A stretch of DNA of 64,000 nt from an uncultured Collinsella sp. Lineage in GTDB: Bacteria; Actinomycetota; Coriobacteriia; Coriobacteriales; Coriobacteriaceae. The number at the start of each line of letters is the position of its first letter. Position 1 is the first letter of the stretch. Both the position numbers and the translations under genes were made by a program. The stretch is from NCBI GenBank assembly GCA_900548255.1, contig URKH01000001.1:1332-65331 (forward strand), given 5' to 3'. The notes under the pieces are model-generated. The model was not told the DNA's origin and searched no databases. It was given only the letters and a program-made list of their open reading frames with translations. Shown piece by piece: positions 1-10,115 of this stretch.

Positions 1-1
1 G

Positions 2-928
2 CCGGAGCATATCGGCTACGAAAACGGCGTGCTGGGCGGTGTCGTGTCGACGCTGCGCGCATATGTCCAGCCGGGCGATGCGGTACTGGTCCACAGTCCC
101 ACCTACATCGGCTTTACCAAGTCTATCGAAGCCGCGGGCTATCGCATTGTCCACAGCCCGCTTAAGCTCGACGATCGGGGCGTGTGGCGCATGGACTTTG
201 AGGACATGGAGCGAAAGCTCGCACAAAGCCATATCCATGCCGCCGTGTTCTGCTCGCCGCACAATCCCTGCGGCCGCGTATGGGAGCGCGACGAGATCGA
301 ACGTGCCATGGACATCTATCGTCAGCACGATTGCGTGGTGATCTCGGATGAGATTTGGTCCGATATCATCCTGCCGGGCCACAAGCATATCCCGACGCAG
401 TCGGTGAGCGAGGACGCCCACATGCGCACGGTTGCCCTCTACGCGCCCAGCAAGACGTTTAACCTGGCGGGCCTGGTCGGCAGCTACCACATCATCTATA
501 ACGAGACGCTGCGCGACCGCGTGTGCGCCGTGTCCGACAAGACCCACTACAACGAGATGAACGTCATCTCCATGCATGCGCTTATCGGTGCCTACCAGCA
601 GCAGGGCTACGAGTGGCTCGATGAGCTCAATGAGGTCATCGAGGGCAACGTCGACTACTTCTGCAATTACGTGGACAAGCATTTTGCGGGCGTGTCCTAT
701 TCGCGTCCGCAGGGCACCTACATGGTGTTTCTGGACTGCACCGAGTGGTGCCGCGAGCATGGCCGCGATATTCAGTGGCTGCTCGACGAGGGGGCGCGCG
801 TGGGCGTGGGGTATCAGGACGGCCGCCCGTTCCACGGGCCCTGCCACATTCGCGTGAATCTGGCGCTGCCGCTTTCGCGCGTAAGGGAGGCGTGCGACCG
901 CCTGGACCGCTACGTTTTTGGGGTATAG
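2..928 (+). CDS. MalY/PatB-family PLP-dependent C-S lyase/aminotransferase (5'-truncated by window edge)
   Basis: Frame is open from base 2. Motifs CSPHNPCGRVW, SDEIWSD, APSKTFNLAGL (PLP lysine) and QGTYMVFLD. Confidence 0.9.
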   Translation, partial: PEHIGYENGVLGGVVSTLRAYVQPGDAVLVHSPTYIGFTKSIEAAGYRIVHSPLKLDDRGVWRMDFEDMERKLAQSHIHAAVFCSPHNPCGRVWERDEIERAMDIYRQHDCVVISDEIWSDIILPGHKHIPTQSVSEDAHMRTVALYAPSKTFNLAGLVGSYHIIYNETLRDRVCAVSDKTHYNEMNVISMHALIGAYQQQGYEWLDELNEVIEGNVDYFCNYVDKHFAGVSYSRPQGTYMVFLDCTEWCREHGRDIQWLLDEGARVGVGYQDGRPFHGPCHIRVNLALPLSRVREACDRLDRYVFGV

Positions 929-949
929 GGGGCGCTCGATTCGAGTGCT

Positions 950-992
950 GCCCCATGTGCCCACGCCGTCAAAATGCGTGGGCGCATGGGGC
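950..992. terminator. GC-rich hairpin between convergent genes
   Basis: gccccatgtgcccacg / cgtgggcgcatggggc inverted repeat; no clear U-tract. Confidence 0.5.
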
Positions 993-1024
993 GCAGAGGG
1001 TAGCGAGCGCGTTTTTCGCATTCG

Positions 1025-1504
1025 CTACTTTTCCTGAATCTGCTTGCCGCAAAGATGCTCAATTGAAATCTCGTAGAGTTGGACGCCCTTGATGTCTTTG
1101 GCGATTTCTTCCTCGACTTCTTCGGCAGAAGGGTAGTACTTAAGCGCGAGCTGGCGGACTTTGTCCTCGATAAACGCAGGCGCTTCATCTACCAGGCGGC
1201 AACGGCCAAAGACCACGGTGCTCATGACGTAAGGAGCCCAGTCGCCGTCCTTGTACCACTCGTTGCCGTAAACGGTAAAGCAGACTTTATCGTCACGCCT
1301 GAGCGAATCGACCTTGTGGCCGGCCTTGGCGCCATGGAAATAAATCTTGTCGTGCTCGGCGTCAAAGAAGTAGTTGACGGGAATGGCATAGGGGTAGCCA
1401 TCATCGCCGTTGACGGCAAAGACGCCGCGCTTACAGGTGGCGAGCAACTCGCGCGCTTCCTCGTCAGTGATGGCGCGTTTCTTTCGACGTAAGGGCCTAA
1501 ACAT
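1025..1504 (-). CDS. Pyridoxamine 5'-phosphate oxidase-like (NimA-like) FMN-binding protein
   Basis: GYPYAIPVNY, IYFHGAKAGHK and VCFTV motifs. SD AGAAAGGAAG before ATG at 1504. Confidence 0.85.
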   Translation of the reverse strand: MFRPLRRKKRAITDEEARELLATCKRGVFAVNGDDGYPYAIPVNYFFDAEHDKIYFHGAKAGHKVDSLRRDDKVCFTVYGNEWYKDGDWAPYVMSTVVFGRCRLVDEAPAFIEDKVRQLALKYYPSAEEVEEEIAKDIKGVQLYEISIEHLCGKQIQEK

Positions 1505-1546
1505 CGTTGGCTTCCTTTCTGGCTGTGCATGGTGGTTGAGCACAAA

Positions 1547-4384
1547 CTATAGCGAAACAGCCCCATTTTTCTTGATACAGGCGAGTATGTTTTTGAGCTT
1601 GCTAAAGTCGAGCGGTTTGGGCAGATGGGCGTTCATGCCGGCGTCGTGTGCCGCCTTGGCGTCTTCGGCAAAGGCGTTGGCGGTGAGCGCGATGATGGGG
1701 ATGTCGGCCGCATCGGCCTTTTCGCTCAGACGAATCGCGCGGGTTGCCTCGTAGCCGTCCATGCCCGGCATCATGATGTCCATCAGGATTGCATCGAAGC
1801 TGCCGGCGGGACGACCAACATATAGATCGACCGTTTCGTTGCCGTCGGCGGCGCGAGTCACGACGATGCCTTCGCTTTCGAGCAGAGCTTGGGCAATCTC
1901 GGCATTGAGTTCGTTATCTTCTGCCAAAAGGACGTTCATGCCGGCGAGTGAGCAGCTGCTTACCTGCGTGTCTGCACATTCTTTTATCTGAGGGTTCTTG
2001 TCGATATCGAGCGGAATCCGGACGTCAAACGTACTCCCCACGCCAACCTCACTCGAAATCTCAATCGTGCCGCCCATCATATCGATGAGCGATTTGACGA
2101 TAGACATGCCAATGCCGGTTCCTTGGAACTTGCTGCGCGCATCGTCGCCTTCCTGGGCAAACGGCTCGTAAATGTGTGCCAAAAACTCGGATGTCATACC
2201 AATGCCGGTATCCGAGACGCTAAAGCAAAACACGGCGTGCTCGTCGTCGACCGGTTTGATGGTCGATGAGAACGTGACGGTGCCTCCGTGCTTGTTGTAC
2301 TTGATGCTGTTGTCGAGCAGGTTGACAAGGATCTGCCGAATATGGGTGGGGCTGCCGATCATATATTGGTCGACAGCGTAGGGCTCGCTGGTGTCGAGCA
2401 TGGTTATGCCGCGGTCCGATGCGCGGAGCTTGCACAGTACGAGCGCATTGTCGCACAGCTCTTTAAGGTTGAATGATTCGTGCTCGAGCGTCACTTTGCG
2501 CTCCTCGATCCTGCCCATCTCGAGGATGTCGTTAATCAGTGACAGCAGGTGATTGGCGGCAACGCGCGCCTTGGCGCGGCTTTCGCGGGCGACCTGCATG
2601 TCGCCTTCTCTCAATTCCTCAATTTCGATAAGGCCCAGGATGCCGTTGAGCGGCGTGCGGATGTCGTGGCTCATGCGCGTGAGGAAAGCGGTTTTGGCGG
2701 CGTTGGCGGCATCGGCTTTCTGCCGTTCCTCCTGTGCGCGGTAAAGCGACCAGACAAGGATGACGATGCCGGTGAGCAAAATGCAGATGACGACTGCCGC
2801 AATGACGATGCGGTTGCGGTAGAGAAGTCGGAACGCATCCGATTCTTGCGCCGAGTACGATGTGGGGAAATAGCTGTTTGTAGAGAGCGATTCACCTGCA
2901 TTGACGATGCCCTTATTGATGATCCCCAGCAGCTCGGGCTTGCCGCGCGAAATTAAACACGATAGTTGCGCCGTGTTGGTGAGTTCCTGTGTTTCGAAAT
3001 CCTCGATGTCGTAGATGTCGCGGAGAGTTTCCAGGCGCGTGCTGGGGACAATGATGCAACGTGCCTTCCCCTCATTGAGGGCTTTGAGCACCTCGCCGTC
3101 ATTCGAATACTCGGTTACCGTTGCGTTCGGAAAGAGACTTTCGAGCTCAAAACGGTTAACGATTGTGCTCTTTGTACAAGCGATGTTCTTAAGGTCGCTG
3201 TTCAGGTTTTTGCCACTGTGAATGGCGGTCAGCGAAACCGTTCCCATCGAGTTTGACTGGATGACCCCTGTCTGCTCGGCGAGCCAGTAGTCGCGAAACA
3301 GAGGCAGGGCGACATCGATGGTTCCGTTGGAAAGGGCTTTGATCATTTGCTTGTTGTTCGAGAGTGCGATTGTTTTGACCGTAATGCCAAACTTGTCGTG
3401 CAACGTCGTTGCAAGCGAGGCGAGCGACCCTTCCATCTCGCCGTCGTCATTTTGCGTACAGTAGGGAAGTTGGTTTTTAAGATAGCCAATCGTGATGGTA
3501 TTGCCGTTTTCTTTGAGCCAGGTGGTCTCGGTGCCGGTGAGCGATGACGAGCCACTGTTTTGGGTCGAGTGACTCGATTTGACTTCCTCGTTATAGCGCG
3601 GGTTATCGCGGGCGATGGTCGTCATGGCGGCGTTGATGTCGTTCATCAGATCAGGGCGGCTTTTGGGAACGGCAAAATAGTAGTCGCTCGAGCCTACGTA
3701 GAACATAGGTGACGCATCGGGCGACGAAATGGTGTCGTTCATGATGACGGCGTCGACCTCGCCGTCTGCAAGCGCCTCAAAGAGGGCACTGCCGGTGTCG
3801 ATTTCTTTATAGGTGCAGGTAACGCCTTCGTCGGCGAGCCACTGCTGGCCGACGATAGTTTGCATAACGCCGGCGTTGCAGCCGATGGTAAGGCCTTGGA
3901 GCGCCTGGGGGTCGCCTTTGGCAAGGTCGTCGCGATCGGGCCTGGCGTAGATGTAGTAGCGCTCGGTGCCCTCGGGGTTCGAGGAAAAGAGCAGCTTCTG
4001 CTCGCGCTCTGCCGAATACGAGATGTTGGGCATGAGGTCGATTTCGCCTGCCTCGAGCATGTCCATAAGCTCGGAGAAGGTGCCGCTGACGTATTCGTAT
4101 TGCCAGCCCTTTGTGTAATACGAGAGGGTCTGGAGGTACTCGTAGCCCCATCCCGAGAGGCGCTCGCCCGGCGTGCCTTCCTGGAAGCCTTTGTTGTTGA
4201 CGAGCCAACCAACGCGGACCGTCTTGACCTGTTGGTCGGAGTCGGTGGCAAAGGCGGGGGCGGGCATGATGGTGCTCAGTATGGCGAGTGCGGCAAGCGC
4301 GACGGCCAGGGTGCGGCGTAGGGCTAAGCGAAGGACGGCGGAAGGTTTCACATGAAATCCTATCGAGTTGAGACAGTTTCGCAT
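1547..4384 (-). CDS. Hybrid sensor histidine kinase: two extracellular solute-binding domains, TM, HisKA, HATPase, receiver
   Basis: Signal-like N-terminus, TM near residue 530, MSHDIRTPLNGI (H box), NLLDNSIKY, DTGIG/GTGIG, AEDN...MDIMMP receiver. Start uncertain. Confidence 0.92.
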   Translation of the reverse strand: MRNCLNSIGFHVKPSAVLRLALRRTLAVALAALAILSTIMPAPAFATDSDQQVKTVRVGWLVNNKGFQEGTPGERLSGWGYEYLQTLSYYTKGWQYEYVSGTFSELMDMLEAGEIDLMPNISYSAEREQKLLFSSNPEGTERYYIYARPDRDDLAKGDPQALQGLTIGCNAGVMQTIVGQQWLADEGVTCTYKEIDTGSALFEALADGEVDAVIMNDTISSPDASPMFYVGSSDYYFAVPKSRPDLMNDINAAMTTIARDNPRYNEEVKSSHSTQNSGSSSLTGTETTWLKENGNTITIGYLKNQLPYCTQNDDGEMEGSLASLATTLHDKFGITVKTIALSNNKQMIKALSNGTIDVALPLFRDYWLAEQTGVIQSNSMGTVSLTAIHSGKNLNSDLKNIACTKSTIVNRFELESLFPNATVTEYSNDGEVLKALNEGKARCIIVPSTRLETLRDIYDIEDFETQELTNTAQLSCLISRGKPELLGIINKGIVNAGESLSTNSYFPTSYSAQESDAFRLLYRNRIVIAAVVICILLTGIVILVWSLYRAQEERQKADAANAAKTAFLTRMSHDIRTPLNGILGLIEIEELREGDMQVARESRAKARVAANHLLSLINDILEMGRIEERKVTLEHESFNLKELCDNALVLCKLRASDRGITMLDTSEPYAVDQYMIGSPTHIRQILVNLLDNSIKYNKHGGTVTFSSTIKPVDDEHAVFCFSVSDTGIGMTSEFLAHIYEPFAQEGDDARSKFQGTGIGMSIVKSLIDMMGGTIEISSEVGVGSTFDVRIPLDIDKNPQIKECADTQVSSCSLAGMNVLLAEDNELNAEIAQALLESEGIVVTRAADGNETVDLYVGRPAGSFDAILMDIMMPGMDGYEATRAIRLSEKADAADIPIIALTANAFAEDAKAAHDAGMNAHLPKPLDFSKLKNILACIKKNGAVSL

Positions 4385-4438
4385 AAGGATACCAGCTCAG
4401 CATGCTTAGTCGGCAGCTGAGCCGCTAAACGGTCCCGC

Positions 4439-4496
4439 CCGGCACTTGGGGACAGTCCCTTTCTGCCGGCACAAAAGGAACGTCCCCAACTGCCGG
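4439..4496. repeat. Overlapping inverted doublet of the GGGAC-core hairpin element
   Basis: ccggca-cttggggacagtccctttc-tgccgg (4439-4469) overlaps an inverted copy ccggca-caaaaggaacgtccccaac-tgccgg (4466-4496). Confidence 0.7.
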
Positions 4497-4549
4497 TTGT
4501 GGGACAATACCGAGCGAACGTGATTGGGCGTCTGGGAAAAGGGGTCGCG

Positions 4550-4975
4550 ATGAACAAGTTGAGGACGCTTGCCGACGTGTTGCGCCAAGCTGGCTTTGCG
4601 CGCATCACGGGCCTGTTTCTTATCTTCTACCTGCTGTGTTCGACGGCCGTCTGGCTGTCCGAGCCCACGACCCTTACGTTTGGCGATGGCCTCTGGTTTA
4701 GCTTTGAGACCGTATCGACGATCGGTTTTGGCGATATCCCGGCCGAAACGCCGGTCGCCCGCGCTATCACCGTCGTCCTGAGCGTCATCAGCATCTTCTA
4801 CATCGCCATGCTCACGGGCGTGGCAGTGAACTACTGCAACACGCTCATCAAGATGCGCCAAAAGGACACCATGGCGCGCTTTATGGACGATCTGGAGCAT
4901 TTGGAAGAGCTCGACCGCGATGAGCTCGCCGACCTGTCGCGCCGCGTGCGCGAATATCGCCGACGCCAGCGCTAG
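4550..4975 (+). CDS. Two-TM potassium channel family protein
   Basis: Selectivity filter TIGFGD flanked by two hydrophobic helices. Confidence 0.88.
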   Translation: MNKLRTLADVLRQAGFARITGLFLIFYLLCSTAVWLSEPTTLTFGDGLWFSFETVSTIGFGDIPAETPVARAITVVLSVISIFYIAMLTGVAVNYCNTLIKMRQKDTMARFMDDLEHLEELDRDELADLSRRVREYRRRQR

Positions 4976-5011
4976 AACGTGCGCCGCGCGTCACAATGAG
5001 GGGGACCGAAT

Positions 5012-5545
5012 ATGAATATCACGGTATACCTGGGCGCCAGCGTCGGTAACGACCCGGCGTTTCTGCCTGCAGTGCGGCAGCTTGGCGCATGGATTGGCTC
5101 CAACGGCCACGCGCTGGTATACGGCGGGTCCAAGTCGGGGCTGATGGGCGCGCTCGCCGATAGCGTGCTCGATGCCGGCGGACACGTGACCGGCGTGGAG
5201 CCAAGCTTTTTTATCGAGGCAGAGTTTCAGCACGATGGTATCGACGACCTGATCGTGACGAGCGACATGGCCGAGCGCAAGGCCAAGATGATCGAGCTTG
5301 GCGATGCGTTCATTGCCTTTCCGGGCGGCACGGGCACGCTCGAGGAGATCGCTGAGGTCATGTCGGCCGTGTCGTTGGGGCATCTGAGCGCGCCGTGCAT
5401 CCTGTACAACTTGGACGGTTACTACAACGATCTCAAGTCGCTGCTCGAGCACATGATCGATAAAGGTCTATCGAGCCCGCAGCGCCAGCAGGGCATCTAC
5501 TTTGCCGATGACCTGCGCCAGATTGCCTCGATTATCGGCGGCTGA
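5012..5545 (+). CDS. LOG family nucleotide monophosphate nucleosidase / Rossmann-fold protein
   Basis: LVYGG..GLMG, ERK and PGGTGTLEE motifs. Confidence 0.9.
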   Translation: MNITVYLGASVGNDPAFLPAVRQLGAWIGSNGHALVYGGSKSGLMGALADSVLDAGGHVTGVEPSFFIEAEFQHDGIDDLIVTSDMAERKAKMIELGDAFIAFPGGTGTLEEIAEVMSAVSLGHLSAPCILYNLDGYYNDLKSLLEHMIDKGLSSPQRQQGIYFADDLRQIASIIGG

Positions 5546-5672
5546 GCCTTAGGCCTGTCGCGCGCACGGCGCCCAGTGGCACCGTTCGCGGCGTAGATGG
5601 TTAGCCCACCCGCGCCGCGCCCGTCTTACAATAAAACGTATCTTTGTCGCTTTTGACCAACGGGAGGCCCCG

Positions 5673-6971
5673 ATGGACAACCTTGCAAAACCCAAAAACC
5701 GTGCGCTGTTTTTAGTTAGCGTGGCCGTGACCGGTGCGTTTGCAGGCGCCGCGGTCTGGCTGTTTTTCTTTGCGATGGAGCACGGTATCGACTATCTATG
5801 GACCGAGATCCCGCATATGCTGGGCGTCGCTTCGCCCGAGCTCGCGAGCGGTCCGTTCGGTTTTTTGCCGTATCCGTTTTTCGTCTGCCTGCTGGGCGGT
5901 CTGCTGATTGGTCTGTACGCAAAGATGACGGGCACCAAGACCGATGACCTCAACCAGGTGATGGCCAAGGTTAAACAAGACGGTCGCTACCCGTACGACA
6001 ACCTGGGCAAGCTTTCACTCGCGGCATTGCTGCCGCTGCTGTTTGGCGGAAGTATTGGACCGGAGGCCGGCCTGACCGGCGTTATCGCGGGTCTGTGCAG
6101 CTGGGTCGGCGACCGCATGCGTCGCTTTGGCGCCGAGTTTAGGGAGCTCACGCTGTTGGGCACCCAGGCTGCCCTGACGGCGCTCTTTACCGCGCCCGTG
6201 TTTGGCTTTGTGGCGCCGCTCGCCGGTAGCGCCGACGGCCAGGGCGCTGGCGAGGACTCCGCGTCCGACGAGATCACCATCAAGCTGCCCAAGGCACAAA
6301 AGACCGTGGTCTACGGCATCGCGATTGCCGGCGGTCTGGGCACCTATCTGCTGCTCGGCCAGCTCATGGGTGGCGGCATGGGCATGCCGAGGTTCGAGGC
6401 TGCCCAGGTGGGTAACCTCGAGCTTGCCTGGCTCATTCCGCTGGCGTTGGTCGGTACCGTATGCGGCTGGCTGTACTTTGTCTCGGAGCACGCGAGCGAA
6501 GCGCTTGCCCATGCCATAGGGGAGCGCCCTGTCGTCAAGGCGATGCTGGCTGGTCTGGCCCTCGCTATCTGCGGCACGGTTTTGCCCTACACCATGTTTG
6601 CCGGCGAGACCCAGGCCGACGTGCTCATGGAGACCTACCTCACCATTCCCGCCGGCGTGCTTATCGCGACCGGCCTGGTCAAGGCCATGCTGACGCCCGC
6701 CCTCATCAATATGGGTTGGCGCGGCGGCCACTTCTTCCCGGTTATCTTCTCGGGCGTAAGCCTGGGCTACGGCCTTGCCATCCTCACCGGTGCCGATCCG
6801 GTCTTTTGCGTCGCCGTCTGCACGGCATCGACGATGGGTGCGGTCATGCGTCAGCCGGTCATGGTTGTGGGCCTGCTGCTCATGTGCTTCCCGCTCAAGG
6901 GTATCGTCTGCATGATCATCGCCGCCGTCATTGCGGCAGGCATTCCGCTGCCCAAACCGCTGCGCAAGTAG
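5673..6971 (+). CDS. CLC-family chloride channel/transporter
   Basis: GGSIGPEA and GWRGGHFFP motifs; multiple TMs. Confidence 0.88.
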   Translation: MDNLAKPKNRALFLVSVAVTGAFAGAAVWLFFFAMEHGIDYLWTEIPHMLGVASPELASGPFGFLPYPFFVCLLGGLLIGLYAKMTGTKTDDLNQVMAKVKQDGRYPYDNLGKLSLAALLPLLFGGSIGPEAGLTGVIAGLCSWVGDRMRRFGAEFRELTLLGTQAALTALFTAPVFGFVAPLAGSADGQGAGEDSASDEITIKLPKAQKTVVYGIAIAGGLGTYLLLGQLMGGGMGMPRFEAAQVGNLELAWLIPLALVGTVCGWLYFVSEHASEALAHAIGERPVVKAMLAGLALAICGTVLPYTMFAGETQADVLMETYLTIPAGVLIATGLVKAMLTPALINMGWRGGHFFPVIFSGVSLGYGLAILTGADPVFCVAVCTASTMGAVMRQPVMVVGLLLMCFPLKGIVCMIIAAVIAAGIPLPKPLRK

Positions 6972-7065
6972 CACGGTGGCGCACGGTCAATGCAAACATC
7001 TTAAGCCCGGTGTGGGCGCTGTGTCACGGATTTGCGGGTGGACTGAATCTCGCCTGGCACCGACG

Positions 7066-7941
7066 CTACTTCCAAATCGCGAGCGCGGCGGTGCCCAGCA
7101 CGATGAGGAAAAGGCCGATGGCGCTTCGATGCGACAGCTTTTCGTTGAAGGCCAGTCGTGCGAACAGCACCGATACGACAATCGATAGTTTGTCGATTTG
7201 CACGACGACGCTCACCTGGCCTGCAACGATGGCGTAGTAGTACAGCAGCCACGACGCGCCGGTCGCAATGCCCGATGCCGCGAGAAATGCGAGTTCGCGC
7301 GGGTCAATGCGCGCGACCTGCTCCAGCTTTCCCTTGGCAGCCACGATTGCCCATGCCATAAAAAGTACCACACAGGTACGGATCGCCGTGGCCAGGTTTG
7401 ACTCGACACCTTCGATGCCGATCTTGGCGAGGGCGGAGGTGAGTGCCGCGAACACGGCGGCGCCGAGGGCGTAAGCGAGCCAGGCTCGGTCTTGCTTTTG
7501 CTCTGCGCCGATGGACTGCTTTTTCTCGATCATCAAAAACGTGCCGAGCGTGATGACGGCGGTTCCCACGAGCTTGACCGCCAGGTTGCCTGTCTCACCA
7601 AAAAGCACTATGGCGATCAGCACGGCGAGCACGGTGCTCATCTTGTCGACGGGTACAACCTTGTTGACGTCTCCGATGCTGAGCGCCTTAAAGTAACAGA
7701 TCCACGAGGCGCCGGTGGCGAGTCCCGAGAGGGTGAGGAATAGCCAGGCTTTGGCGGGAATGGTGCCGATTGCTCCGATGGATCCAGAAATGCCCGCCAT
7801 TGCCCAGGCAAATACGAGCACCACGCAAGTACGGATGGCGGTTGCAACGTCGGAGTCGGTGTGCCTGATGCCGCATTTGGCCAAAATGGATGTGATGCCG
7901 GCAAAGAAAGCTGATGCAAATGCTGCTGTAACCCACGACAC
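7066..7941 (-). CDS. EamA/DMT family transporter
   Basis: Two internal repeats (LAKxG...ATAIRT...SW..Y..A....V..V..DK.S); about 10 TMs. Confidence 0.88.
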   Translation of the reverse strand: MSWVTAAFASAFFAGITSILAKCGIRHTDSDVATAIRTCVVLVFAWAMAGISGSIGAIGTIPAKAWLFLTLSGLATGASWICYFKALSIGDVNKVVPVDKMSTVLAVLIAIVLFGETGNLAVKLVGTAVITLGTFLMIEKKQSIGAEQKQDRAWLAYALGAAVFAALTSALAKIGIEGVESNLATAIRTCVVLFMAWAIVAAKGKLEQVARIDPRELAFLAASGIATGASWLLYYYAIVAGQVSVVVQIDKLSIVVSVLFARLAFNEKLSHRSAIGLFLIVLGTAALAIWK

Positions 7942-8009
7942 GGGTTGAGCGCCTCCTCATAAAAGACCGCGCCAGATCTGCGGCGCATGCCCGATGATAC
8001 CGCGCTTGC

Positions 8010-8708
8010 CTACAGGTCGCGTGTCCGGTAGACCTTGGCGCTGACGATGCAGCTAAGTGCACATAGCACGAGGGCCAATACCGCGATTCCTGCACACAGG
8101 CAGCCGAGGACGGCGGGATCGGGATTCGCCCCGGCAATCGACATGAGCCAGTTGCTGATGGGGTTGGAGGAGCTCAGCGCTGCCATGGCAAGGCACCCGA
8201 GCAGGGCAAACAGGCCGACGGAAAGGCGCAGCGCCTCCATGTGCCCAAATCGAAAGAACAGCGGCTGTGCCAAAAACACCATCATGAGGGAGATGAGCAT
8301 CGATGCGGCGGAGGCTATTGTGGTCTCAAAGACGGTCTGTCCCGTCGAGGGAATACCCGCGCTGTTGAAGAGCGGGATGGAGACGATGCTCAAAAGCGCG
8401 GCGGCGCACGCCATGACGGCTGAGAAGACAATGATGCTCAGGTAGCGTGCACAGATGATGTCTTTGCGCGAGATGGGCAGCGTTGCCCGATAGCGCTCCC
8501 ATCCGTTTTGATTGTCGTAGCCGGCCAGCGAGTTCATGACCATGATGGGTGACATGGCACTGACCGCGCAGGCGCCAGCACTCATGCCAGAGTCACCGTC
8601 CGATGCGTTGGCGAGGGTCAACACGACGAAGATGAACAGGCCGACACCCGCGATGCTCGGGACGAGCGTGCGGACGATGGCGAGCTCAGACATAAAGGCG
8701 CGTTTCAT
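8010..8708 (-). CDS. ABC-2 type permease
   Basis: Six hydrophobic segments and a LPISRKDII..RY motif; overlaps the ATPase stop codon. Confidence 0.8.
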   Translation of the reverse strand: MKRAFMSELAIVRTLVPSIAGVGLFIFVVLTLANASDGDSGMSAGACAVSAMSPIMVMNSLAGYDNQNGWERYRATLPISRKDIICARYLSIIVFSAVMACAAALLSIVSIPLFNSAGIPSTGQTVFETTIASAASMLISLMMVFLAQPLFFRFGHMEALRLSVGLFALLGCLAMAALSSSNPISNWLMSIAGANPDPAVLGCLCAGIAVLALVLCALSCIVSAKVYRTRDL

Positions 8709-9586
8709 TTCGAAGCCCCTTTCAGCGTGAGGCGAAGATAGTCATCAATGGTTGCCCGGTCGCAGGGAATCTCGGGGAAGGCCTCGAGCACATCGCGACG
8801 GTTGGGCACGAGCACGTCCACGCTATAGGCGTGGTGGGCGGCACGGGCGCCTTCGACGCAAGCCATGAGCTCGGACGCCTGCGCTTGAGTGCAGTGGGCG
8901 ACGCCGGCGCGGTCGGTAATGTCTTCGCGCGGCAGGTCAAACACAATCGAGCCGTTATCGATGCAGATGACGCGGTCGGCAGCGCGATTGAGGTCGGACG
9001 TAATATGACTCGAGAGCAGCACGCTGCGCTGGCCGTCGGAAACAAAGGCGAGCAGCTCGTCAAGCAGCTCTTCGCGTGCCATGGGGTCGAGGCCCGCAGT
9101 GGCTTCGTCCAAAACGAGCAGCTTGGCATTGTGGCTGAGCGCGCAGGCGAGCTGCAGCTTCATGCCCATGCCGCGGGAGAGGTCCTTGACCTTCGTCTTG
9201 GGATCGAGGCCAAATCGGTCGATGAATCCGGCGAACGTTTCGCAGCTCCACGTGGGGTATGCCGGACCTACGAGCGCCTCGATCTGGCCCACCTTGAGCG
9301 TGGAGGGGAAGGGGCACGTGTCCAGGACAAGACCGACGCGGGAGCGCAGGTGGTGCTGCGTCTCGTCGGGTGCGTTGGCGTCGCAGCGCTGTCCAAGCAG
9401 ATGCACCTCGCCGGCATCGAGCTTTATAAGCCCAAGCGCGGCGCGAATGGTCGTCGTCTTGCCGGCGCCATTTGCGCCCACAAAGCCGACGATCTGGCCA
9501 GGCTCCACGGCAAGCGTGACGTCGCGCAGCGAAAAGCGGTCGCTTACGCGGCGCGATGCACCTTTGATTTCTAGCAACTTTTGCAT
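8705..9586 (-). CDS. ABC transporter ATP-binding protein
   Basis: GANGAGKTT, LSRGM, LLVLDE and SSH motifs. Confidence 0.93.
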   Translation of the reverse strand: MQKLLEIKGASRRVSDRFSLRDVTLAVEPGQIVGFVGANGAGKTTTIRAALGLIKLDAGEVHLLGQRCDANAPDETQHHLRSRVGLVLDTCPFPSTLKVGQIEALVGPAYPTWSCETFAGFIDRFGLDPKTKVKDLSRGMGMKLQLACALSHNAKLLVLDEATAGLDPMAREELLDELLAFVSDGQRSVLLSSHITSDLNRAADRVICIDNGSIVFDLPREDITDRAGVAHCTQAQASELMACVEGARAAHHAYSVDVLVPNRRDVLEAFPEIPCDRATIDDYLRLTLKGASK

Positions 9587-9609
9587 GGTATAGCCTTTCT
9601 TGCAGATGG

Positions 9610-9990
9610 CTACTGCATGGTTTCGGGGGCTACCAGGTCGAGCATCTCGTGCAGCTTGTCGCGCGTGACGCCCAAGGCTTCGGCTTGGCTCGCCGCTTTC
9701 GCAAGTAGCTCTTCGATATGGCAGAGCTGGTTTTCGCGCAAGAGTTCTTGGTTGCCCTCGGCGACAAAGCAGCCTTTGCCCTGCACGGTGCAGATAAAGC
9801 CGAGCTGCTCCAGATCGGCATAGGCGCGCTTGGTGGTGATGACGCTCACGCCTAAGTCGCTTGCGAGTGCACGGATGCTGGGGAGTTTGGCTCCCGCAGC
9901 GAGCGTGCCCGAAAGGATCTGAGCTTTGACCTGCGAGGAGATCTGCTCATAGATGGGCTTGTCGCTCGAATTGGATAGGATGATGTCCAC
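9610..9990 (-). CDS. GntR family (YtrA subfamily) transcriptional regulator
   Basis: PIYEQI...LPSIRALA..LGVS..T.KRAY..LE...GKG with a short C-terminus; heads an ABC operon. Confidence 0.92.
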   Translation of the reverse strand: MDIILSNSSDKPIYEQISSQVKAQILSGTLAAGAKLPSIRALASDLGVSVITTKRAYADLEQLGFICTVQGKGCFVAEGNQELLRENQLCHIEELLAKAASQAEALGVTRDKLHEMLDLVAPETMQ

Positions 9991-10017
9991 AGCGGCTCCT
10001 TAGCTGTTGGGCTACAC

Positions 10018-10051
10018 GTGTATATAACCGGTAAGCACAGTATATATACAC
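10018..10051. promoter_or_regulatory. Probable YtrA-type operator
   Basis: Inverted repeat GTGTATATA-N16-TATATACAC just upstream of the GntR start. Confidence 0.65.
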
Positions 10052-10115
10052 TATGCACAGTTATGCAAGAGGAAATGTGGAATAGCCTGCCAGTGTCGCG
10101 CTTACTTCAAAACAA